From Gammaproteobacteria bacterium (lineage in GTDB: Bacteria; Pseudomonadota; Gammaproteobacteria; Xanthomonadales; Marinicellaceae), in assembly GCA_030432115.1 (NCBI GenBank), contig JAUIHY010000001.1, positions 1 through 61,290 on the forward strand: a stretch of DNA of 61,290 nucleotides. Reading direction: 5' to 3'. Within the stretch, counting starts at the first letter, position 1; each line of letters opens with the position of its first letter. Positions 18,505-27,768 of the stretch are shown one piece after another. Under the pieces are notes generated by a model. It saw only the letters and a program-made list of their open reading frames with translations. It made no database searches and had not been told where the DNA came from. Both the position numbers and the translations under genes were made by a program.

Positions 18505-19460
18505 GGTGTTTTGCTGTTCAACCAAAGAAACACGGGCACACCAATCAGTGCAGTAAAAATGCCCACAGGCAATTGAATCGGCGCCATCACGGTGCGAGAC
18601 AGGGTGTCAGCAGTCAATAAGAAAATCGCCCCACCCAGCAGACTCATGGGAATCAATACTTGGTGTTTGTTACCCACCAATAAACGCATCAAATGCGGCA
18701 CCACCAAGCCAACAAAGCCTATGGTTCCCGCTTGTGCCACCGCCACCGACGTGAGCAGCGCCGTCAGGCTGAAAACCAACACGTTCAAACGCACGGCATT
18801 GACACCTGATTTGGTGGCAAACAATTCGCCACGGGACAATATATCCAAAGGCCGATGCTGTCGAAAGAGCAACAGGCCTGCCAAGCCAACAATAACAAAA
18901 TGCCACCATTGCGTTCGAACAAAGGATAAATCACCCATCAACCAAAACATCATGGATTTCATTTGATCAGGCGGCGCCAAAGCCAGCATCATGCTGATCA
19001 GCGCAGCAAAACCAAAAGCCAAGACCACACCATTCAAAGTCAGCTTATTGGTTCTGATTTGTCCAAAATAGCTGAGTTTCAACAACAGCATGGCGGCAGC
19101 AAAACCTCCAGCAAAACCAGCCAGAACTTGAAGGTTGGCTGACAAGGAAGTAGCGGTTAAGATAAAAAACAATTGGACACTGGCAGCACCACCAGAAACG
19201 CCCAACAAATAAGGGTCTGCCAAGGGGTTTTTGACCATGTTCTGAATCAACAAGCCTGCCAATGACAAACAAGCCCCGACTAAAAGGGCATTCAAAACAC
19301 GCGGCCAGCGCACTTGCCAGATGATTTCATGCAATGGATTTTGTGCATCGATCAAGGCATTGATGGGTGTTGAGACTGGACCAAGTAACAAGCTGGCGAC
19401 CACCACCAACAGCAATAACAAGCCGCCCATCACAACCCCAGCCAATAAGCCCTGCTTCAT
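18501..19460 (-). CDS. FecCD/BtuC family ABC permease
   Basis: RWPR, NPLADPYLLGVSGGA, IGFVGLVVPH, LPVGIFTALIG. Confidence 0.9.
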   Translation of the reverse strand: MKQGLLAGVVMGGLLLLLVVVASLLLGPVSTPINALIDAQNPLHEIIWQVRWPRVLNALLVGACLSLAGLLIQNMVKNPLADPYLLGVSGGAASVQLFFILTATSLSANLQVLAGFAGGFAAAMLLLKLSYFGQIRTNKLTLNGVVLAFGFAALISMMLALAPPDQMKSMMFWLMGDLSFVRTQWWHFVIVGLAGLLLFRQHRPLDILSRGELFATKSGVNAVRLNVLVFSLTALLTSVAVAQAGTIGFVGLVVPHLMRLLVGNKHQVLIPMSLLGGAIFLLTADTLSRTVMAPIQLPVGIFTALIGVPVFLWLNSKTP

Positions 19461-19473
19461 GCTGAAAACGAAG

Positions 19474-20793
19474 TCAGCGGCTCAAACCCACCGACATGAC
19501 TTCTTTTCTGAGCACAGTCAAAGTGGCATTGCCTGACATATAGCGAGTTGAAACCGTCAGTTGGTTGGCATCCATGGACAACAACTTACCAAAAATGGGG
19601 CGCCCCCTTTTGGTTTTTATTCTGACGTTTTTACCAATCGCATCGGCCCAATTGGACAAGTTGTTGGCCTTTTTCACAGTTCCTATTTTATGGGTAACGA
19701 CTTGGATCAATTCTTTGGGTTTGTTCTTTTCCGCTTCGGCTGCGGCTTTCTGCTCTTGAGCCTCCATTTGAGAACGCAACAATTCCATATTCAAATCCAA
19801 ATGGTCAATCGCTTTCAATTCAACCACCGAATATTCATTTTCACCCAAAGCCACTTCCAGTCCACTGTTTTCTAATATTTCATTTTGCGACATGGAAGCC
19901 AATTCAAACATATATTTTGGTTCATCCAACTTCAGTATGGCATTCAATTCGGTGTCTGCAGCCAACGACCTTTGGTACATGTTGCTGAGCTTTTCTGGCA
20001 TGTCCTTGGCCACCAGTGCACGCAATAATTGTTGTAATTGGTTGGCACTGTCCAGTCTAAACGCAGCAAATGAATTGCGGTGTTTTTTGGCACACATTTC
20101 ATTGCGTTTGGCATTAAAGCCTTGGTCAGCTTGGTAATAATACAGGGTATCAACAATGGTGTCGTTGAATGTGATTCTGGGCACATCACTGGCACGGGCC
20201 AATGAGCCGGACCAGGTGATATACCAAGCATCTTCGGTTTGGATATTGATACTGAAATCGATGTTCAATGCATCGGTCAGTTGATAGGTGATTTCTAAAT
20301 CATGGCTTAAACCATTTGGATACATACTTTGCCATTGGTCAGTACTGAATGCACCATTGGTCTCTTCACCGCAAGCAAAATGTCCCAAATGTCCCGCTGC
20401 CAACGGCCAAAAATCAGCCGCATACACTTCAGACATCAGGTCGTTACCATTGCTGTTAAAACGCACACCATTTAAATTCACACCCAGACTTTCTGGAGCC
20501 AAGGCAACCAAATCGCGAGAATTCTTCAACAACAAATCCCATACATCTGCTTGGATAAGCATGGAATCAATCTGATAGCCTTGTCTTTTCCCGGCCGGAA
20601 TAAAGGTCAATCGTGACAACCTGATTTGACCATCTAATGTGGTTTCCATTTGGCTGTGTTTCCAAGTACCCAAAGCACCCAAATGCCCCATCAAGCCTTC
20701 CACATAGTATTTGCTGTTGTCTTGTATGCGCCAGAAAGGCAAGCCCACCAGCAAAGCAATCACAATCAAAGCTATTATTTTATTGTTATTCAT
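19474..20793 (-). CDS. Hypothetical N-terminally anchored protein
   Basis: 439-aa ORF within the operon; hydrophobic N-terminus; no family recognised. Confidence 0.7.
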   Translation of the reverse strand: MNNNKIIALIVIALLVGLPFWRIQDNSKYYVEGLMGHLGALGTWKHSQMETTLDGQIRLSRLTFIPAGKRQGYQIDSMLIQADVWDLLLKNSRDLVALAPESLGVNLNGVRFNSNGNDLMSEVYAADFWPLAAGHLGHFACGEETNGAFSTDQWQSMYPNGLSHDLEITYQLTDALNIDFSINIQTEDAWYITWSGSLARASDVPRITFNDTIVDTLYYYQADQGFNAKRNEMCAKKHRNSFAAFRLDSANQLQQLLRALVAKDMPEKLSNMYQRSLAADTELNAILKLDEPKYMFELASMSQNEILENSGLEVALGENEYSVVELKAIDHLDLNMELLRSQMEAQEQKAAAEAEKNKPKELIQVVTHKIGTVKKANNLSNWADAIGKNVRIKTKRGRPIFGKLLSMDANQLTVSTRYMSGNATLTVLRKEVMSVGLSR

Positions 20794-20802
20794 AGAGTTA
20801 TC

Positions 20803-22536
20803 TTACATCACGGGTTCAGCAAATCCAGCAAAAGCAGAGATTATTATTGTCTGAATCTGCTTCAAAGGCAAATTCACTTCTGGGAAATTGCCAACGGCTT
20901 CAAAATTTTTGTAAAAATCTGGATGAGAAGGTGGCACTTCCTCATGCCCAGGCTTTAACTCATAGCTGGTTGCATAACGAAAAGGCCAAATGTCCAAGAC
21001 AGGTAGTTTTCTTGATATGGTGGCTAATACACCACTGACGTCACTGAAAAAAGGAATTTGTTCCTTGGCGGCCACCCGCCATGCATTTTTATTCAACAGG
21101 TCTTGATTGATATTTTTTGTCAGTTTTTCAGCAAATTCATGACTGTCAATGATGAAACCCGCTTCGGTGTTTAAATAATCCGACCTGGGGTCAAAATTAT
21201 GAGAACCAATCATGGAGTAACGGTCATCGACAACAAAGGATTTACCGTGCATGCCAAAGCGTGTTCGTTCATTGATTTGTCCAAGCGAAAACATCTGCGT
21301 CCAATCCGCGGGTTTGGCCCTGAACTCATGGATGTTCATGCCCAGTGTTTTTAAATAATAGCGTTTCTTCTTAAATGAAATGGCATACACATAAAAGGCA
21401 TCGGTTGAGGCCAATGAATTGGTTGAAACCGTCAGTTCGTAATTGGGTTTTTCTTTGCGCAATTTTTTTAGGATTTTGCGGGCTTTTTTACTGAACACCA
21501 AATAAGGTGTTTGCATCAAAAGCTTCCTTTCCGTTGATTCTATCAGTCTGTTTATTTTTTCGGTTAATTGGGCATTGCGCTTCCGAGAGGCTTTGTTGAA
21601 GGGTTTGTCATGGCTGTCACTGAAAAAATCCAACTGGGTTACTGTTATCAGTTCGGGTATCCAGTTGGCTTGAATCCATTCGGTATCCAACGCTTGATTG
21701 ATCTTGATGGTGGCTTTGGCATCATAAGCTTTGGTCCAATCGTTGTGCGTGATGTTATCTGACAATATCCTTTGGCTGACATCCATCAAGTATTCTGTTG
21801 GTACCACATGTTTAGAGTTCCAGAAAGTCTCGAAAGAGGCCACCATGTCCACCACTTCTGGACCCACGGCCAACACATCCCGGTCTTTGTAATTAAAACT
21901 TTCATCCCAATCATAATAGCGACTTTGGTAATTTCGACCACCCACCATGCCATACTGACCATCAACCACAAACACTTTGTTGTGCATTCTTTTGTTCATT
22001 GATGCCAAGCAACAAGCCAAGGCACTGAAAAAATCAAATGGTGATGTGTGCGCTTCTCCCAGCACGGGGTTGTACATGCGGAATGACAAATTTTCATGTA
22101 AGGTGCTGATTTCTGCAACAAACCGCGATGAACCCATGGAAAACATTTGGTCAATGATGACCCGAACTTTCACCCCCCTTTTGGCAGCTGTTAACAATTC
22201 TTGAATCATCAAATGCCCTGCATCGTCATTCACCCAAATGAATGATTGGATGTTGATGCTGACTCTGGCCGACCTGATTAAGTGCAGACGCAAAGCCAAT
22301 GCATCAGAACCTGAATCCAGTAGTTGGGCGCGGTTTTGTCCATCGATGGTGCTTCGCAGAAAAACACTTTCATAGGGTGATGACAGTGCACATCGGGTGA
22401 CAGGGTCATCACAGGTCAGGCTGCTGTCTTTTTTAACTGCAATCACTTGCGATACTTGCTGTTTGGTTTGTCTGGAAATTTGGCAAGAACTCAACAGCAT
22501 CAAAACCAATAAAACCCATGGCATGCGTTTACTCAT
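20803..22536 (-). CDS. clsC: Phospholipase D family lipoprotein (cardiolipin synthase ClsC/YmdC-like)
   Basis: Two HKD motifs (HNKVFVVD, HGKSFVVD), GGRN, STNSLASTD, GSHNFDPRS; lipobox LSSC; TAATG coupling sets the start at 22536. Confidence 0.8.
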   Translation of the reverse strand: MSKRMPWVLLVLMLLSSCQISRQTKQQVSQVIAVKKDSSLTCDDPVTRCALSSPYESVFLRSTIDGQNRAQLLDSGSDALALRLHLIRSARVSINIQSFIWVNDDAGHLMIQELLTAAKRGVKVRVIIDQMFSMGSSRFVAEISTLHENLSFRMYNPVLGEAHTSPFDFFSALACCLASMNKRMHNKVFVVDGQYGMVGGRNYQSRYYDWDESFNYKDRDVLAVGPEVVDMVASFETFWNSKHVVPTEYLMDVSQRILSDNITHNDWTKAYDAKATIKINQALDTEWIQANWIPELITVTQLDFFSDSHDKPFNKASRKRNAQLTEKINRLIESTERKLLMQTPYLVFSKKARKILKKLRKEKPNYELTVSTNSLASTDAFYVYAISFKKKRYYLKTLGMNIHEFRAKPADWTQMFSLGQINERTRFGMHGKSFVVDDRYSMIGSHNFDPRSDYLNTEAGFIIDSHEFAEKLTKNINQDLLNKNAWRVAAKEQIPFFSDVSGVLATISRKLPVLDIWPFRYATSYELKPGHEEVPPSHPDFYKNFEAVGNFPEVNLPLKQIQTIIISAFAGFAEPVM

Positions 22537-23078
22537 TATTTCACCACATTCAAGCTGACATGATTGATTTTTTGCCGTGTGGCTATGGCGCAAGCCATCC
22601 CTTGTATGTCATGCACGTCATAGAATTTCAAGCCACTTTCTCGCACCGCCTTGGGCAGAAAATACCACAACACACCGCCATGGAATTTACACCAAGCTTC
22701 TTTTTGTGCCCACCATTGATAAAATGTGTTCATTTGATCTTGTGCGTTCAATGTTTGCATGTGTTGCCACTCTGTTTCATGATAATGCCTTTCTGCCACT
22801 CCCAGGTAATTGCGTCGGCTGTTGATTCGCTCCAAATCAATGCCCAGGGGTTCATCATCAATGACATAGGCATGGAGTCGGCCACTGTGGGCATATGAAA
22901 AATGAGGCCCACCTTCTATAAATGGTTTTCCATTTTTTCCTCTTTGTACCTCAAAAAACCCTGTCTGGGGGTGAAATTGCTTTAACAATTTCTGTAAAAT
23001 GTCGTCACTGTACTGTTTGGCTTTTCGCCGGTCGTGATGCGGATTGACATTCAGCCAAACTTTCAACTCTTTACCCAT
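22536..23078 (-). CDS. 4'-phosphopantetheinyl transferase (Sfp type)
   Basis: NGKP, FSYAHSG, GIDLE, WAQKEAWCK. Confidence 0.85.
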   Translation of the reverse strand: MGKELKVWLNVNPHHDRRKAKQYSDDILQKLLKQFHPQTGFFEVQRGKNGKPFIEGGPHFSYAHSGRLHAYVIDDEPLGIDLERINSRRNYLGVAERHYHETEWQHMQTLNAQDQMNTFYQWWAQKEAWCKFHGGVLWYFLPKAVRESGLKFYDVHDIQGMACAIATRQKINHVSLNVVK

Positions 23079-23085
23079 TAATTTT

Positions 23086-24216
23086 ATGACTTCCAGTGCT
23101 CAACAAATCAGCAATACATTGCAACATAAAATCACCCAAGAAATCAACAACAGCGGTGCCATCAGTTTTGCAAAATTCATGGAAATGGCCCTGTACCAAC
23201 CTGGATTGGGTTATTACAGTGCTGGCTTGAAAAAATTCGGCAAAGAAGGTGACTTCATCACTTCACCTGAGTTGGGGCATTTGTTTGCACACTGTCATGC
23301 CGCTGTCTTTGCACCTGTCTTGGCCAGTTTAGACGATGCCGTGATTTTCGAGTTGGGTGCGGGTATGGGCAGTTTTTGTCACGATGTACTGCTGGCATTG
23401 GATGCCAAAAATCAGCTGCCGGATGCCTACTGGATTTTGGAGGTCAGTGCCGATCTGAAACACCAACAACAACTGACGGTTGCCCAATTGCCTCCACATT
23501 TGGCAGAGAAAGTGCAGTGGTTAAATGAATTACCCCAGAAACCCTTCAATGGCATTGTGTTTGGCAATGAAGTTTTGGATGCTTTGCCAGTTGAAGTATA
23601 CCAACAACAAGGCAATGAGAAAAAACGCTTAATGTTGAGCAATGTTGAAGAGAAACTAAGTGAATCGTGGGTCGATTTTCCGGATGACTTGGCACAACAA
23701 TTGGCTGCCAAACAACTGTCTTTATCTGAAGGCCACCGCAGCGAGTTCATCCCCAATTTGGCACAATGGCTGTCAAGCATCACCCAACAGCTACAATCAG
23801 GCTTGGTGCTTTGGGTGGATTACGGTCACGGATCACCGGCTTTTCATCACCCCGTGCGAAACCAAGGCAGCTTGGTCTGTCACCAAAGACACGAAGCCAA
23901 TTTCAACCCGTATCAATCCATAGGATTACAAGACATCACCGCATTTGTAGACTTCACTCATGTGGCAGAATGCCTTTCATCACTGGGCTTTGAAATCCAA
24001 GGCTTCACCACTCAAGGTGATTTTTTGGCCGATGCCGGCATTGCCAATTTGTTGGATCCTGAGGGTGAGTTCAATGAATATTTTCAACTGGCCAGTGAAA
24101 TGAAGCAATTGATGCTGCCAACCGAAATGGGTGAAAAGTTTAAAGTTTTGGCCGCCACAAAAGCTTTTGAACAAGCGGTGCTGGGGTTTGCCAATAACAA
24201 ACTTTACGACTTGTGA
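23086..24216 (+). CDS. SAM-dependent methyltransferase, MidA/NDUFAF7 family
   Basis: FMEMALYQPGLGYY, GDFITSPE, ELGAG, NEVLDALP, DYG, DITAFVDF, MGEKFK. Confidence 0.9.
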   Translation: MTSSAQQISNTLQHKITQEINNSGAISFAKFMEMALYQPGLGYYSAGLKKFGKEGDFITSPELGHLFAHCHAAVFAPVLASLDDAVIFELGAGMGSFCHDVLLALDAKNQLPDAYWILEVSADLKHQQQLTVAQLPPHLAEKVQWLNELPQKPFNGIVFGNEVLDALPVEVYQQQGNEKKRLMLSNVEEKLSESWVDFPDDLAQQLAAKQLSLSEGHRSEFIPNLAQWLSSITQQLQSGLVLWVDYGHGSPAFHHPVRNQGSLVCHQRHEANFNPYQSIGLQDITAFVDFTHVAECLSSLGFEIQGFTTQGDFLADAGIANLLDPEGEFNEYFQLASEMKQLMLPTEMGEKFKVLAATKAFEQAVLGFANNKLYDL

Positions 24217-24824
24217 TGGATGCGAGCCGCAATGCTTGAAATGTTGGCTTTTGCATCCTCGTATTCTTTATCAATGAGGTTGGCAATCCAGCCATGAAAC
24301 CTTTGACCGTCATTGATGATTTGATGCACAGTCAACAAACTGTGGTTGATGCAACCCAGACCTATTCTTGACACCATCACCACCGGTATATTCAATGCTG
24401 CTGCCAAATCGTTCAACATCCAGTCAGCTGACAAGGGAACGCACCAGCCCCCCACACCTTCGACCAGAACGCGATCATACTGCTTTTCTAGCTGGTGATA
24501 CTGCGCCACACAGCTTGCCAAATCAAATGCAGCCTCAACATCGGCTATGTGTGGTGAAGCGGGTTTTTCAAATGTATATGGGTTGATTTCAGTGGTGTCT
24601 TGCCCGGTCACAGCTGCCAAGCGCAAAGCATCTTCGCTGACCAATTGGCCCTTTTGCCAAATGGCGCCAGATGCAATCGGTTTGTAAGCTCCTACAGACA
24701 GTCCTTGGTCTTGCCATGACTTTAATATTTCACAGGCAATGTACGTTTTCCCGGCATCTGTATCGGTCGCAGTTAATAAACAATTGGGCAGTTTGTGAAA
24801 AGATCTGGCTGCTATAGGGTTCAT
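24204..24824 (-). CDS. bioD: Dethiobiotin synthase
   Basis: TATDTDAGKT, YKPIASG, SPH, VEGVGG, LGCINH. Confidence 0.92.
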   Translation of the reverse strand: MNPIAARSFHKLPNCLLTATDTDAGKTYIACEILKSWQDQGLSVGAYKPIASGAIWQKGQLVSEDALRLAAVTGQDTTEINPYTFEKPASPHIADVEAAFDLASCVAQYHQLEKQYDRVLVEGVGGWCVPLSADWMLNDLAAALNIPVVMVSRIGLGCINHSLLTVHQIINDGQRFHGWIANLIDKEYEDAKANISSIAARIHHKS

Positions 24825-25582
24825 GACTTTTCTGCTTCAATCACGTTCGTCAATGCTTCAAACTGTGCAACAGTGATGGTTTCTGGGCGTTGACTTGGAT
24901 CGATACCCACGGCTTCCAATTGCGTGACCGTGACCTGCTTTTTCAAGTTGTTCCTGATGGTTTTGCGTCTTTGTTGAAATGCTTGCTTCACCAATGCTTC
25001 CAAAGCTGGCAATGACACTTTTGTGACCTCTTCTTTGCGTGTCAGTTGTACGATCTGAGAGTCAATTTTGGGAGGGGGATTGAAGGCTTCTGGTTTGATG
25101 ACCAGGTGCGCAGAACAATCAAATTGGTGCTGTAACATCACAGACAATCGACCAAAGTTCTTTTCGCCTGGAGCCGCACAAATGCGTTGCACCACTTCTT
25201 TTTGTAACATGAACACCATGTTATTGATTTGTGAGGACTGGTACAGCATGTTAATTAACAACGGTGTGGAAATGTTGTAAGGCAAATTGCCAACGACCTT
25301 GTAAGGGCCCTGGGTTAATTTCAACTGCAAGGCATCCATATGATGAATCTGAACGTTGGCAGCTGCACCAAATTTTTCGGTTAAGACGGGGATTAAATCA
25401 TTGTCCAGTTCTATCAAATGTAAATCGGCTTCACTGGCTTGAATGTATTGGGTGATGGCGCCATGACCTGGGCCAATTTCTATGATTTTTTCACCCACCT
25501 TAGGGCGAATGATTTTGACGATGTTGTTAATCACGCCTTCATCATGGAGAAAATTTTGCCCCAGGTGTTTTTTTGCTTTCAT
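24821..25582 (-). CDS. rsmA: 16S rRNA dimethyladenosine transferase
   Basis: KKHLGQNFL, EIGPG, NLPYNIS, MLQKEV, QRRKT; ATGA-coupled to pdxA. Confidence 0.95.
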   Translation of the reverse strand: MKAKKHLGQNFLHDEGVINNIVKIIRPKVGEKIIEIGPGHGAITQYIQASEADLHLIELDNDLIPVLTEKFGAAANVQIHHMDALQLKLTQGPYKVVGNLPYNISTPLLINMLYQSSQINNMVFMLQKEVVQRICAAPGEKNFGRLSVMLQHQFDCSAHLVIKPEAFNPPPKIDSQIVQLTRKEEVTKVSLPALEALVKQAFQQRRKTIRNNLKKQVTVTQLEAVGIDPSQRPETITVAQFEALTNVIEAEKS

Positions 25583-26493
25583 TGTTGATTCCTTACACAT
25601 GCTTTGGCGCATGCTATGGCGGCAGCCAAGCTGCCTGAATTGGCCGAACCTTGGCCGGCGATGTCCAAAGCCGTGCCATGGTCCACGCTGGTTCTGATGA
25701 TGGGCAGCCCCAATGTGATGTTGACAGACTGGCCAAAGCCAGCATATTTCAGCGGGGCCAAACCTTGGTCATGGTACATCGCAATGATGGCATCAAAGGG
25801 TTTGACTTTTTCAGGAGTGAACAAAGTATCTGCTGGATAAGGACCATGCACATCTAATCCTTTGGTTTTGAGTGCCGCAATGGCCGGTTCAATGATTTCT
25901 ATTTCTTCACTACCCATGTGACCGGATTCACCCGCATGGGGATTGAGTCCACATACGGCCAATTGGGGGGATTTGATGCCAAATTTCTGTTTAAGATCAG
26001 CAGCCACAATCTCACAGGTTTCCATCACTGATGCTTTGGTAACATGTGCCGGCACGTCTTTCAATGGCAGGTGTGTGGTGACCAAAGCCACACGCATGGA
26101 CTGGTTCAGCAACATCATCACCACTTGGTCTGTGTTTGTTAAGCTGGCCAGATACTCTGTATGACCTGAAAATGCGATGCCTGCATCATTGATCACACCT
26201 TTGTGAATTGGGCAGGTAACCATGGCTTGATATACACCTGTTTGACAACCTTTTACCGCTGTTGCGATGGTTTCAAGCACATATGCGGCATTTTCAGGGT
26301 TCAACTGCCCCAGTTGATTAGGTCCTTTTAAAGGGATGTGACAAATTTGCTCTGCCGGCCATGTAGGTATGGATTGATGAATCAGTTGCTGATCACCAAT
26401 CAACACACAGCCTTCTAATTTTTCCGCTTTTGACAGTTGTGCCACCAGCTCCAATCCAATGCCCGCAGGCTCGCCTAAAGTGATGGCCAACAT
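25579..26493 (-). CDS. pdxA: 4-hydroxythreonine-4-phosphate dehydrogenase
   Basis: GEPAGIG, GHTEYL, GLNPHAGE, MYHDQGL, RTSVDHGTA. Confidence 0.95.
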   Translation of the reverse strand: MLAITLGEPAGIGLELVAQLSKAEKLEGCVLIGDQQLIHQSIPTWPAEQICHIPLKGPNQLGQLNPENAAYVLETIATAVKGCQTGVYQAMVTCPIHKGVINDAGIAFSGHTEYLASLTNTDQVVMMLLNQSMRVALVTTHLPLKDVPAHVTKASVMETCEIVAADLKQKFGIKSPQLAVCGLNPHAGESGHMGSEEIEIIEPAIAALKTKGLDVHGPYPADTLFTPEKVKPFDAIIAMYHDQGLAPLKYAGFGQSVNITLGLPIIRTSVDHGTALDIAGQGSANSGSLAAAIACAKACVRNQQ

Positions 26494-26499
26494 CTGGTG

Positions 26500-27768
26500 T
26501 TAAATTCTGATGTCCACAAATGCTTCGCCACGGATTTCACGAATCCAGTATTCAATGGCTTCTTGCATTTTTCGTTCTTTGATGGCACTTTCAGCTTGCT
26601 GTCTTTTGAATGCTTCTGTGACATCAGACTCTTTTTTACCCAAGTATTTAATGATGTGCCAACCGTTATCAGTTTGGAATGGTCTGGAGGTTTCTCCTTC
26701 CTTTAATGATTTGATCACATCTCCGATGCGTTGTCCGTATTGGTTGATTTCAAACCAACCCAAATCACCACCCAAAGGTGCTGAATTATGGTCATCAGAT
26801 TCTGCCTCTGCCAAGGTGGCAAAATCTTCACCAGCCAATAATTTTTCATGTAAATTGTTGATCACTTTCATACCGTCTCTGGGTGTCACCACTTGGTTGG
26901 TTTCTACCATGATGTGCAGGGCATTGAATTGTTCTACTGTTTTGACGCTGTTGGTTCTCTTGTCTAACAGTTTAATTAAGTGATAGCCATTGGGTGAACG
27001 GATGGGACGAGACAATTCGCCAACCGCCATTGATTTGATTTGGTCAGTGAACAGTGGTGGTAATTGGTTGATTGGACGCCAACCCAATCTACCACCTTCC
27101 AATGCACGCTGTCCATCTGAGACCTGGGTGGCCAAGACGGCAAAATTTTCACCTGCCAACAATTTCTCATGAACGGAATCAATCTCTTGTCTCGCAGCTT
27201 CCGCAGCACTTGCACTGCCACCTGCGGGTGTGGCAATCAAAATGTGTTGTAATTGAACTTCGCCTTGGTCCAATTCATTGTCAGCTAAAAACAATTCTAT
27301 TTCATGATCACTGACTTTCACTTTGGAGTTGGCATAAGCATAACGGACACGTTCTGTTTGCATGTCACGTTTCATGTCACGCCTGAAATCAGCAAATTCA
27401 AATCCATCCTTTTCAACCGCATTTTTCATTTGTTCAGGCGTTACACCGTTTTGTTGTGCAATGTTACTGATGGCGCCATCCACTTCTTCTTCTGAAATTT
27501 GAATGCCCACCTGTTCGGCCCTGGCAATTTGAACCTCTTGAACAATCATCCGTTCCAACACCTGACTTTCTAAGATGTCACTGGGTGGGATCTGGTTGCC
27601 TTGCGCCTCAATTTGTCTGATGATAGATGTCATGGCACGGTCCAGTTCGGAACGCATGATGATGGCATCATCCACCACCGCCACGATTTCATCCAACAAC
27701 TGTTCTTCTGCATGCCCAGACATGGCCAATTGCATCATGCACATGGCTAAAATTATTTTTTTAAACAT
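26500..27768 (-). CDS. surA: Periplasmic chaperone/PPIase SurA
   Basis: SurA N-domain, two parvulin domains (HILI...GGRLGW, GGDLGW), synteny. Confidence 0.93.
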   Translation of the reverse strand: MFKKIILAMCMMQLAMSGHAEEQLLDEIVAVVDDAIIMRSELDRAMTSIIRQIEAQGNQIPPSDILESQVLERMIVQEVQIARAEQVGIQISEEEVDGAISNIAQQNGVTPEQMKNAVEKDGFEFADFRRDMKRDMQTERVRYAYANSKVKVSDHEIELFLADNELDQGEVQLQHILIATPAGGSASAAEAARQEIDSVHEKLLAGENFAVLATQVSDGQRALEGGRLGWRPINQLPPLFTDQIKSMAVGELSRPIRSPNGYHLIKLLDKRTNSVKTVEQFNALHIMVETNQVVTPRDGMKVINNLHEKLLAGEDFATLAEAESDDHNSAPLGGDLGWFEINQYGQRIGDVIKSLKEGETSRPFQTDNGWHIIKYLGKKESDVTEAFKRQQAESAIKERKMQEAIEYWIREIRGEAFVDIRI

